DNA of 64,000 bases from assembly GCA_001244265.2 (NCBI GenBank), contig CDLV01000005.1, forward strand, positions 930,001-994,000, written 5' to 3'. Each line of letters starts with the position of its first letter. Within the stretch, counting starts at the first letter, position 1. The notes beneath the pieces are model-generated. The model did no database searches. It was not told the DNA's origin and was given only the letters and a program-made list of their open reading frames with translations. The stretch is from Microbotryum violaceum (lineage: Eukaryota). Made by a program: the position numbers and the translations under genes. Of this stretch, positions 12,706 to 23,806 are shown piece by piece.

Positions 12706-15394
12706 ATGACTTCTATCTTGTGCGACGTGACGAATGTAGTCTCCGCAGGACAATCGACCAGTCCTTCGACTTCTGCAGCTGCTTCTGCGTTGAAGCACAG
12801 GTCTTCGTCGTCTTCGTCTTCGCCTCCCGTCGCGGCGCGCCTGGCTTCGTCATCGTCGGCGACAGGCGCCAGTTCGATCACGGCGCGTCGTCGCGGTGCA
12901 GCACGTCCTCCCGTTCTTCGTCAAACCAGCTTGGACTTCTTCGCCCCTACTTGCACACCGCCTGTCGCAAACTCGTCTTCGCATCCGGGATGGAGCTCAC
13001 GCGCGACTCGCGTCGACGACGCGAAAGAGAACGAGACGCGCGCGCAGCATACACCTCCGCCGACGCAGCCGCACGCGCCATCCTCGTCCTCGCCAGCCTG
13101 TGCTGCCTTCGCCTCGTCCCCAGCAATGACCATCACCTCCGCCAGTGGTAGCTCGTGCCACGATGACGGATCGGATCAACGATCCTCTCCTCTCGCGTCC
13201 CGTTACCTTACTGCACTGCAGCACACTCGCGACGAAACCGATTCGAGCATGGACATTGACGAGGACGACGCGTTCCTTTCATCGCGCAACGTTCTCAAGC
13301 GAGCTAGGAGTCAATTCGGCGGCGACGGCGAGGAAGGCGAGCAGGAATCGCTCGGCGCTGCTCGATCACGCCACCACTCGAGTCGAGTTCCTACCCCTCC
13401 CGTTCAAGTCCACTCTTGGTCGACCACGTCTAACCCGACGAGAATGATCGAGTCGATTTACAATATGCCTCAGCGCACCCTGTCGGTCCACGAGATGCTC
13501 CGCCGCAGGGCTTTGGGAATGAACGTCAGCATGCAACAAGGTGAGTACGAGAAGAAGTCAGTGGTTGAGTACATATGTAATTCGACGCTGATGGTGCATT
13601 CATTGTCTTCGTAGTCTCTCTTCGACCCGTTTTACTTGACTTGGTGTCGAGCAATGAGCACCACGTCGTGCGCTGCCCTTCCTCGAGATGCGATCGCATC
13701 CTGGCGTATCCGTTTGCGTCCAAGTTCAGCAATGGTCAGTCTCGTTGAATCCTTTCAGTTCGTTTAGACTGTATCCACGTAGGTTTACTGATGCGATTCG
13801 CTCTCATTGAAACAGCTGCGAAAGCTGGAGGCAAGCAAATCCTTGCGATTGGTGACGAGGAAGGCGGTTTGACCTTTATCGATGCGAGCAAGCAGAGCCA
13901 GTGGGATACAGGTGAGCGGCATGATCGGGTTCCCTTGTATCTGCAAACGGTTACTTAAATGCCCCTGCCCCTACTTCGAATTCGTAGACACCTCGCGCAC
14001 TTCGTTTCAAGCTCACGACAACGCTGTCTTTGACATTGCTTGGAGCTCGGACGATCGCACAATCGTGAGTGTACCGCGAAGAACCCGCTTGATGCACTGT
14101 GTTCCAGAGGACTGACGCCCCATCGCGACCATGTCAGACCACGGCCAGTGGTGATCAAACAGCCGTTTTGTGGGATGTCGAAACCATGACGTGCACGGGT
14201 AGGCTCTTAGGCCACTCCGGCACGATAAAGAGTACCCAGTGGGATCCCAAGAACCCGAGTACGTATTTTGTCCGATGGGGTCGTGCGAGAATATCTCAGC
14301 TCAATCCTCGCTCGTATCGTGCAGACCTACTGGCCACAGCTTCGCGTGATGGCGCGATCAGGATCTGGGATCGACGGATCGACAGCCGAGGGGAGGATGC
14401 TCGTAACCATCAAGATGGCTCGGCGATTGGCTGCGTCAACATGATCAGAAATGCCCATGGAGGGGCGAAGAAGACCAAGGAGGTGCGCATACCCATCGAC
14501 TTGATTTTCTCGATGTAAATGCTGACGTTATGTAGCACTACACATTGCAGTCACCCAAGAGTGTCACTGCCGCAGTGTTTTTGCCGCAGTCTGACAACCT
14601 GCTCGCTTCGTCTGGGTCTGCAGACTCGTGAGTGCTCGAGCGATTAAGTGCTTCTCTGAAGCTCTGACTGACTCGACTTTATGTCGCCTTACTTTTTTTT
14701 TGGCAGAGTGATCAAAGTCTGGGATCTGCGTCGATCCCATTCTCGTCGGGTCAACCCCGCCTCGTTCGAAACGAACGAAATTGCAGTCTCGAACACGTCC
14801 TCGAAGCGACCGCACGGGATCAGTTCGCTCGTTTTGTCCCCGGACGGCAGAGCACTATATTCGCTCGGAACGGACGCTGTGTACGTCCCGAGCTTCCCAC
14901 ATTGAGCATTGTCCTCTAAGCTGACATACTCACGCTCTTCAACAGCATCTCATCCTTCAAGCCGGGCAACTTGACCCATTCTTATCCCCTGGCGACGTAC
15001 CAGCACCCCAACCTGGTCGTCAACTCGTTCTACATCCGCTTAGCCGTCTCTCCCGATTCGAGATTCATCTCGTGTGGTTCGACCGATAACGCCGTTTATG
15101 CTTGGGACACGTGCGCCGCTGCGGACCAAGGGGTCAAAATGGTCGGGCATGAGAAGGAAGTCAGTTGTGTCGATTGGTCCGCTCAGGGGGGGGTGAGTCA
15201 AACAGTGCTGTGTCCCCCGATTCGGGGAAGGCATAAGTTGACCTTTTCTTGTTCCACGCGCTGTGCAGTTGGTTTCCTGCTCCGATGACGGCTTGGTCCG
15301 ACTGTGGTCGAGCGATCGCGAAAAGGCGCGTAGGATTCGTTCAAACGAAGTCGAGGATCAGGAGATCGGTTGGAGATGGTGTGGAGCAGTATAG
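12706..15394 (+). CDS. CDT2: WD40 protein of the Cdt2/DTL family (CRL4 substrate receptor); many exons
   Basis: ILAIGDEEG, FQAHDNAVFDIAWS, TASGDQT..LWDVE, GHSGTIKS, LATASRDGAIRIWDRR, IKVWDLR, RPHGISSL and NSFYIRLAVSPD...SCGS match the Cdt2/DTL WD repeats. Confidence 0.85.
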
Positions 15395-15997
15395 CTGGAA
15401 TTTATGAGTTTAAACTTTAAACTTTAAAGGATCTGCTGTCGGTGAAATCGGGGACGATATTATTTCTATACCAAGTGCATCCATGTCTTTTAGTAAACTC
15501 CAACTTTTGATGTGTAGTCAACCTCCCTTGGTATTTGTTTTACCATGCTTCGCAATTTTTTCTCAAGGGCGATTCGCTTCCCCGGTGCGCCGTGTCATGA
15601 CCGCTCGAAGCTTGGCCTATTGAGCTGACGCAACAAGGTGAGGGTTGATTTGTTGGACAGTGAGTCGGTGGTCGGAAGTGGAGGCGCCGAAAAAAACCGC
15701 CAACGCGGCGTTTGGAGGCAGGTCGGGTCGCAGGCGGCCATCATCTCCATGGATTGTCACCGTTTGTGGGTTCCCTCTCATGGGGCACACGCTGCCCTGC
15801 TCTCGATTCTCAATGGGCTGGCCCTCCTTGAGCGCTGCCCCTCGTTCTTGGTCAAATGAGTGGAGCTCGAAAGCTGCTGTTACTGTTACAATGTTTATTG
15901 CAGCGCCATCCCCAAGTCGTGGCGAGTTTTGGTGAGAGGGATACGAGTCGAGCGTCAGTGGTTGGGCACAGAAGAAGGTCGGAGCGGGTTGTGGAGA

Positions 15998-16636
15998 TCA
16001 AGCGTCGGCTGCTCGGATGCTGCGAAGTGCGGAAGAAAGGGCAAATGAGGAAGGAACGGTGTGTGAGCTAATATACAGCTGTTGGGTGGGTCAGGGAGAT
16101 TGCGGGAATGGGACTGACTGGAGCACGTTGTTACACCTTTCAGGCAGCAGGCACCAGGCAGCAGGCACCAGGCAGCAGGCAGCGAGGGGTGGGTCGGGTC
16201 AGTCGCTGCGGGACTCGGCCATACGCGCGTATCGCGGACGGACGTACCGGATGAAGACCTCGCCTAAGGATCCTACACTGAGGCCATCTTGGTACTCTTC
16301 GGTATTTGCGAGCTGGGGTGGCCAGAATGGTGCGAGGTCGAAAGCCCAGACGGTCAGTGAGCAGTGCGCTTCTCCAAACAGGGACGGGGCGGGGAGGCAA
16401 AGAGTTGCACTGACCTGCAAGTTCATGTAGCCATCCGTCGAGACGAGGTAGCCCTTGTACTCCATCCCCCACTTGAGGCGGACCATGACGGGCTTGCCGG
16501 TCAGCTCGGACAGGAAAGGCTTGGGGTTCACCGGTTGTACGAGCTAAAGGGGGGAGGGGAGGGAGGGGTGAGTTGTGCGGAAGAATGGACCGTGGAAGGG
16601 GGGGGGGGGGAGAAAGTTGCCCCTACTTACAGACAT
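15998..16636 (-). CDS. SMX3: Small nuclear ribonucleoprotein Sm F; 5 exons
   Basis: The spliced product is [79 protein letters not shown]. Confidence 0.93.
16141..16183. repeat. Intronic 7-mer tandem repeat (CAGGCAG/CAGGCAC) in an SmF intron
   Basis: caggcagcaggcaccaggcagcaggcaccaggcagcaggcagc. Confidence 0.8.
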
Positions 16637-16923
16637 GCTGGAGAATGAGATGGCGCGGGAGGGTCAGGAAACACAGAGAGAGAGAGAGAGAGAGAGAGGG
16701 GGCCTGCGCAGGTAGAGCGCAGGCTGGCTCAAGGCTGGCCGCAAGCTGCCGCAAGTGATCGGATTAGTAGCGGATTGTTCCTATTAGTAGCGGATCATTG
16801 GCGGATCAGTATTGAAAGCTATTGAAAGTTCCACGCGCCTTGCGACGGTCTCCCCACACAGCTTCTGCTTCCGCTTCCGCTTACCATCTACACCTACCCC
16901 TAGCTTCCACGCCTTGCCGCGCC
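16637..16923. promoter_or_regulatory. Compact bidirectional promoter between SmF and NC2-beta, with a (GA)n tract and duplicated motifs
   Basis: Divergent ATGs are 287 bp apart. It contains (GA)n at about 16674-16698, ATTAGTAGCGGAT twice and TATTGAAAG twice. Confidence 0.6.
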
Positions 16924-17733
16924 ATGGACTCGGACGAGGACGAACGAGTTGGAGCTGGCGCCGGAGCAGGAGCAGGAGGGCTCTCGGTCGGCGGCGATAC
17001 GGACGACGTCTCGTTGCCCAAAGCGACCATCAACAAGCTCCTGCACGGTCAGTTTCGCCCCCCGCGCGTCGTTCGTGGCAGAGGCGGCGCTGATCTTGGC
17101 ATCTCGACCTGGTACAGAACTACTACCACCGGGTTACTCGGTCGCCAAGGAAGCCAAGGATCTGATCGCCGATTGCTGCAAAGGTACGTCCTTGTACATC
17201 TCATTCACCCCACTTGCGCACCAGATTGATCCCTGTCTCTCTTGCTCCGGTAGAGTTCGTCCTCTCCATCGCATCCGAAGCCAACGAGATTTGCGAAAAG
17301 GACTCCAAGAAAACGCTCGCTCCGGATCATATCATCAAGGCGTTAGAGGTGCGCGACGACCTTACTCGCGACTGCACAAATCACCCAATCAGCTCATCCC
17401 TTCCTCTCATACCGACAGGCCCTGGGATTCGAGGATATGGTCCAACATGTATCGGACCAACTCGTCGAGACAAAGATATTGGCAAAGGTAAGAATCGATC
17501 GCCTGCCTACACCAGCCACGATCAATCCCCCTAGCTCCCCAATCGGTAACAATTCTTCTCATCCGGCACAACTTGCATCCCTCGCACAGGACGAACGACA
17601 CAAGAAAGCCAAACGGGCCAAAGGATCGGGCATGTCAGCCGAGGAAGCCGAACGAATCCAAGAAGAACTCTTTGCCGCAAGTCGCGCACGCTTGGCCGCG
17701 GGGGCAGCTCCGAGTTCGGCTGGTCCGCCTTGA
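16924..17733 (+). CDS. NCB2: Negative cofactor 2 beta subunit (Dr1/Ncb2, histone fold); 5 exons
   Basis: DDVSLPKATINKLL...VAKEAKDLIADCC.EFVLSIASEANEICEKDSKKTLAPDHIIKALE.LGF...SGMSAEE...QEELFAASRAR. Confidence 0.92.
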
Positions 17734-18007
17734 GGACGGCCGGCTCATAAAGAAAGATGGGCGATGGGGTTTGTCTGTTTTGGTTCGTGTATTCCTTGAC
17801 GTCCTTGTGCAATGCCTATCGCACTTGTTGTACTCATCATCGGATCCGACGTTTGCGCGCGAATCCGAGAAGTTGGCACGGCGGAGGGCTCTCGGACATA
17901 TTACAACATAGAAGAACGATCTTGAAGATTCCGGAACTAATTCCAAAGGAATGCCCAAAGGATCCTGTCGCAAGTCGAGACGAGACGACATGATGCAAGA
18001 AGGACGT

Positions 18008-19473
18008 TCACGCAGGCGAGCGCAATCGCATCTCTTTGAGCCTGTCTGCCGGCAACGCCCCATTCCACAGCTCATTCCCTCCCTCATCCAACGTCATCGA
18101 AGGCAAGCCAAATTGTTCGATCGTGAAAGAAGCCTGCGGACACAAAAGAGTCGATGAGCGATAACTCTGTCGAACGTCTCGACATGCGCTCAACACTCAC
18201 CGAGATAATTCCCATCCTCACACTCTCCCTCAAGCTCTTCCCCTGCGCCAAGCCACTCATCAACCCCCCCATGAAACTATTCCCTGCCCCCGTCACATCC
18301 TTGACCTTACCTCGCTCCACACCAACCACTTTCTCATAGCCATGATAAGGGCCCATCCAGAACGCCTGCTCAGGGTGATCTCGTTGTATGGCATAAGCGC
18401 CCCAAGCGCCCGAACGAATGACGACATAGGACTTGCTTCCTAACTCGAGGAAACGGTGCGCCAGCTCTTCAATCCCTTTCAAGCCTCGGTCGATGACCTC
18501 GGTCGTAGAAATACCGAAAAAGGAAGACGCTTCTTCGTGATTGGGCGAAAAGACGTCGATTTCGCCTAGCACCTGTTTGAGCACGTCAAGTTCTTCGGGG
18601 ATGCAACGATCGGGAATCGGTTCGTAAAAGGTTAGAGGTCGGACCGGGTAGGTCGGCGTGGGTTCGAGTTGGGATATGATCTCGAGGGCGCGGCTGGGTG
18701 AACAGACGAAGTGCAGGGAGTGAGCGGAGCGGAGACGTGGAGGGAGGACGGAGGGGTCGAGTCGTATTCGAGGGGTGAGGTATTTGAAATCTGGGGGCGA
18801 TTGGAAGGTGAATGGGTTAGCACGTGCCGAGTTTTCGCCCGAGCGGGTGACAAACTCTGCCCCTGGCTCCGCTTGAGCTTGGATGATCGCATCTCAGGTA
18901 TTCCACCCTTGTGGTGATTACTACCGTCCTCTCGGCACAAGTCCTATGGCTCACCCCGATGTTCCCCCCGGTACAAATTCAGCGCCTTGCACGTCTCGAC
19001 GTCCTTCTGATCCCTCCAAACCCACATTTCCTCCCCAAACTTGGCCAAGCTTTTCTCCACTTCCCCCAAACAATCCCAATCATTCCCTCGATCGACGATG
19101 ATACCCAATTGACGAGGAGGTAACCACATCCGCGCACCTAGGATCGCGTAGGTGCCTCCTCCGCCGATAACGAGGTCCGAACGACGGAGGATTTGGGCGG
19201 GGTGGGTGTTGGATCGCCATTCGAAGGTGTCGAGGATGAAGAGGCCTAGAGTGGCTACGAGGACTTGGTCGTCGGCGCTGACTGGGGTAGCGTTATTAGA
19301 GGAGGTCGTTGTAGACTGTGCCGTCGTCGTCGTGGCAGGATCAGGATCAGGCACAGGCACTCCAGCTACAGCAGCCACGTCGGAGGATGACACGGATGCC
19401 TGTGCGAACATCCTCGACGGGTTCAGCTTTCGAGTTCGATAGCCGAGGGGCCGGGCGAAGGTATGCTTACCAT
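18008..19473 (-). CDS. PfkB/ribokinase-family carbohydrate kinase (Mak32-like)
   Basis: LGLFILD...IGGGGTYAILGARMWL...IVDRGND, IDVFSPNHEEA, VVIRSGAWG, the anion-hole motif VKDVTGAGNSFMGG, and ASFTIEQFGLP. The first coding exon is probably ATG only (19471-19473). Confidence 0.85.
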
Positions 19474-19788
19474 GCTGCGATGTGTGAGGGCGACAGGAGG
19501 ATCTTCGCAGCGAGCGGCCGACCTGCCTCGGATATGGGGCGCAAGGTAGCAAGACTTAGCAAGATCGGTCTTGCTCGAATTCTGTCCTACTGGCATTCCC
19601 TATGGTTTCCGGCCGGATACCATCCACGCTGGTAAGCCAAAGTGATACCAGTGGTTCGATGGAATTCAAAGTGACAAGCAATACGGGTATGTCATTGAGT
19701 ACACTGAAGCTGTATATAAAATTGATCAGAGAACTTCTCAGGATTCTCCACCTTGGCAGGTTCAACCTCGAACGTTCTCCGAGCCATA

Positions 19789-22285
19789 TCAAGCCATCTC
19801 CTCCTCCTCCTCCACCTCAAACTTGAGCGTCGTCTGCTTCGCATTCTTCCCCTTCCCCAAACCCTTCCCACCCTTCGTTTTAGCCTTCTTTGCCGTCACT
19901 GCTCCCTTCCCCTTGGCATTCTCTCCCTTCCCCTGCGCGGTTTTGCGCTTGGTCCCGATCGAGACTTTCTCGTCCGTTTCCTCGTCCTTGACCTCGGCAT
20001 GTTTGGGCAAAAATGACTCGACGTATGCGTTTGCTGTGCCGTCCAATACTTTGGGATCGTCGCCTTGTAATTTGGCTGAATAGGCGGCTTTGATCAACGT
20101 GAGCGCTTTGGCTTTGGCGACTTTGTCGTCGACCATTCGCTTGAGGAGAGAAGCTCTCGGTCAGCATGAGAAGACTCTCCAACACGACACCGCGGTAACT
20201 CACTTCAGGATATGTTGTGCCCAACACGACCTTGGCCTTCTTCAACTCTGCCGGACTAGCATTCCAAGGTTCGTAAATGTACTTGTCGCTCAATCCATCC
20301 AGCTCGGGACAATACTTCCGAATCAATGCCCCGGACTTGTCGCTCTTCTGGCCATAGGTCGCAGGTGAATACACACGAAAGTATTGCGAGAAAAACGCGG
20401 AAGCCGATAACCACATCCAGTTCCCGGCGTTGAGTGCTGGGTCCCAATCTATCAAGTAGCGATCAAATACATCGGCACCGCGTTCCCATGAGATGTAAAG
20501 TTGGCCACGCGTGAGGAAACAGGCGAGCGAGTGGCGTCCGAGATGGTGAACCCAGCCCTCCTGTCGCAGTTGTCGCATCAATGCGTCCTACGAGCCGGAG
20601 GACTGCATCAGTCTTTTGCTGATGAAAATCACTTCACCTGCAGCATGACTCACGATCCACGGGAAACCGGTTCTGCCCTCTTTCCAAGCTTGAAACTGCT
20701 CAAAAGCTTTGGACTCTTCTTCTCTCCAGATCTTCTCCATCTCGGCTCGGGGAAGTTCATCGCCTTGTTCGTCGTATCGTGTTTGTAGCGACCAAGTGAT
20801 GTATCGAGAGGCATTGTTGCCACGGATTCGATTGAAGTACGGAGTGGCGGCTTGATTGGCGTGATAGAACTGGGCGAAGGAAGGTCAGGTCAGTCACGAA
20901 AGATAGCGACCTCGCGCACAGCCTATGCAGCTCCGTACTCACCTCGCGCCAAAGAAGCTGACCTATCAAGCTCTCAGGAGGCGTTGCATGGGCTTTGAAT
21001 TTGGCCTCAATCTCTTTGACGCGGTACCAGAAGAGCCGACAGCTCAACGTCCCAAACTTCATATGCGGACTAAGCTGGGTCGTGGCCGGTGGCTGGAAAG
21101 CTGCAGGAGACGTTTTGGGCTTTTCGAACATCGCGACCGTTTTTTCGTCTTCCATGAACGCTTCGAAGGTTCGCAAGGCATTGTTTTCACCTCCACGAAT
21201 CGTCGTCGTTGCTTCCATGCCCAGTTCTTCCATCGTCGGCACAGAAAAGTCCCCTTTCGGTCCAGCGAATTGAGTTTCGTACGTACGCTCTTCCTGCGTC
21301 GTACGCCCTTTGCGTGATTCATGATTGACGTCGCCCTTGCGCCAAGTCGAAACGTCGTGTGCCTTCTTGTTCTCCTCTAAATCCTTAAGATCGGTCGGCC
21401 CCGGATCAGGCAATTTCTTCGGTGCGTCGATCGGTTTCGAAGGGGTTGTGGCCGAGGTGAGAAGTTTTTGAAACCCTTGCAAGGTGCGAGGGAAGTGTGT
21501 TGCTGTTCCATGGGCTTTGATGAGCTCCTCAGAGTCCCAGAGGGTGTGGCCGAGGACGGTGTGGACGTTGATGCCTGCCTGGGTGGCGAGTCCCCTCACG
21601 GAGGCATCTCGAGATTGCGTATAGGGGTCATCGTCCTTTTCCCTGCGCACGGAAGCCGAAAGTAGCTCGTCGTGTCAGTAAAAGCCGTACGAGTATTAGA
21701 TGAATTTACAGCCGGCACCCACCAAACGATGTCGGTGATCTTCCACTGCTTGAATAGAGCCGGTAGCACGGTCGTTGGCGGTCCTCGGACGACAAAGAGC
21801 TGAGATTTCTTGTTGATCTTGGTGATGCTCTCGGAAACGTCCTTCATCGAGTCAAGTCTGGACAAGATATTAATACGATACGTAATTAGAACCGAAGTTG
21901 GGTCGAATCGATGGCCAATCAGGGGCTGATGTGCAAACGTGCAGAAATTGCCATCGATTTTCCCCGACCGACTGGGAGTAGACGTAATGTGGGCTATTGT
22001 AGAAAGTCAGGGTCGTGAGTACTTTCATCCAGAACATTGTTTGCTGTCTGCACTCACTCCCATGTCCATACGGGGTACAATACCTCGGGTCTGAGAGCCA
22101 GAGCAGCTGCCAGAGCGGGCGAGTCTGCCGCCAGCCGTGCCGATCGAGTTCATTAGCAGCGCGATCGACAGCTGGGCCAGCGATCGATCGATCGTCGGCG
22201 TCGAAGGAGATGCAAACTCACCATGTAGCCTGAGATCGGTCCTGAACCAGTAGATGACCCTCTTTGAAGCCAAGGCGGATGCCAT
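19789..22285 (-). CDS. (6-4) photolyase / animal-type cryptochrome family flavoprotein; multi-exon
   Basis: VIYWFRTDLRLH, RWQFLLDSM, TTQLSPHMKFGTLSCRLF, SLIGQLLWRE, MRQLRQEGWVHHLGRHSLACFLTRGQLYISWERG and NAGNWMWLS. The HH..RH and WMWLS motifs are typical of (6-4) photolyases. Confidence 0.92.
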
Positions 22286-22761
22286 GGTCCGAATGAGAGG
22301 TGCAGCCGCCAGATTCAATTAGTGAATGGTCGAAGGACGAACCCCGATTCCGGAAATTGCCTTCTGGTCGATCGCCGACGCGAGCACGCGCCCCACGTCA
22401 TGGCGCATGGCGCCAGGCTGACAGAGGCTGCCTCCAGGCTGCGGTTTGGCAAAGGCCGGGCGGCTGCTCCCGAGTCACTCCGAGTCAACGCGCTGCTGCT
22501 TCTTGGGCTCTGCCTGCCTCTTTTCCCTTCACGCCTTTCATTCCTGCATGCCAGTGGTCAGTTGAGCTCGTACAGCCATGTACGCAATTCACCAAAGCTG
22601 ATATCATGTCTCTCCCCTGCCAGCCTCGCCTCGGTGGAACCTCGTCGTCGCTTCTTTCCCTTTGTCATCGCAACCCCTTCCCCACGTGGACGACCACCAC
22701 ACACTCGTTACGGCCGAACATCCTAGCGCCAACCCCAATTCCCCATAGTCAACACTCCAGC

Positions 22762-23556
22762 ATGAGTTCTCCCACTCCCCAAGCCCAAATCAAGATTGAC
22801 AACCACGAAACCTACCTCTCGCAAGGCATTCCCTCCGCCTCTTCCCTGTCCCCGGACCCGATCGCCCAATTCCGCGAATGGTTCTCCTCCGCCCTAGCCG
22901 ACAAGGACGTGATCGAACCCGAAGCCATGGCCGTATCGACCGTTTCGGCCGAAGGGATCCCTTCGACTCGCGTCGTGTTGCTCAAACAGGTCGATGATAA
23001 GGGTTGGATCTTTTACACCAATTACGAGTCAAGAAAAGGAAGAGAACTCTTTCCCCAGACCGAAACCGAAGCAGAGACCGGAACCGAGACGCGGGGAAGC
23101 TATGCGAGCCTCGCGTTCTATTGGAGGGCCCTCCATCTGAGCGTCAGGGTCGTTGGACGAGCTGAAAAGGTGACGCCGCAAGAGACCAAAACGTACTTCG
23201 ATTCGAGACCGGTCGGATCCAGGATCGGCGCATGGGCTTCCAAGCAGTCGAGCGAGTTGTCGGGTAGGGAAGAGTTGGAGGAACAGGTCAAGGCGATGGA
23301 GTGGCAGTTTGGTGTTCCCGAGGGTACATCGATAGGGACTGCATCTGCGGTCGCCGCTGGACCCAAAGGGCAAAACTCGTCGAAGGAGGCAGAGAATGTC
23401 GACGTTTCCGTGCCGCCGTTCTGGGGTGGGGTGCGCATCGTGCCTTTCGAGGTCGAGTTTTGGGCAGGTCGACCCAGCAGGCTGCACGATCGATTCAGGT
23501 ACACGAGGGATGAAGGCTCAGACGGCGCATGGAAGATTGTCAGACTGTCCCCGTGA
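22762..23556 (+). CDS. PDX3: Pyridoxamine/pyridoxine 5'-phosphate oxidase, intronless (possible upstream start at 22606)
   Basis: DPIAQFREWF, EPEAMAVST, PSTRVVLLK, FYTNYESRKG, YFDSRPVGSRIGAWASKQS, WGGVRIVPFEVEFWAGRPSRLHDRFRY, WKIVRLSP. Confidence 0.95.
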   Translation: MSSPTPQAQIKIDNHETYLSQGIPSASSLSPDPIAQFREWFSSALADKDVIEPEAMAVSTVSAEGIPSTRVVLLKQVDDKGWIFYTNYESRKGRELFPQTETEAETGTETRGSYASLAFYWRALHLSVRVVGRAEKVTPQETKTYFDSRPVGSRIGAWASKQSSELSGREELEEQVKAMEWQFGVPEGTSIGTASAVAAGPKGQNSSKEAENVDVSVPPFWGGVRIVPFEVEFWAGRPSRLHDRFRYTRDEGSDGAWKIVRLSP

Positions 23557-23806
23557 CGGAAGGCTGGGATGAGACGTTAGTGCCTACACGGCAGTACCTT
23601 GTGCAATCGCAATTCGCTCTGCTTATTGACTTTTTCTTAAGAAGCTCCGACAAATTAATCACAGCAATCTGAAAAATGTACATCGCATTGCGAGCCCAGT
23701 AACTTCCAGTGAAACACTTGCATATGGCGCTAAATCGAAAGGAGATAGATACGCTAAGACGGAACATTAAGAGACCCCCAGGAACTCGGCACACAGAGAC
23801 ACCTGC

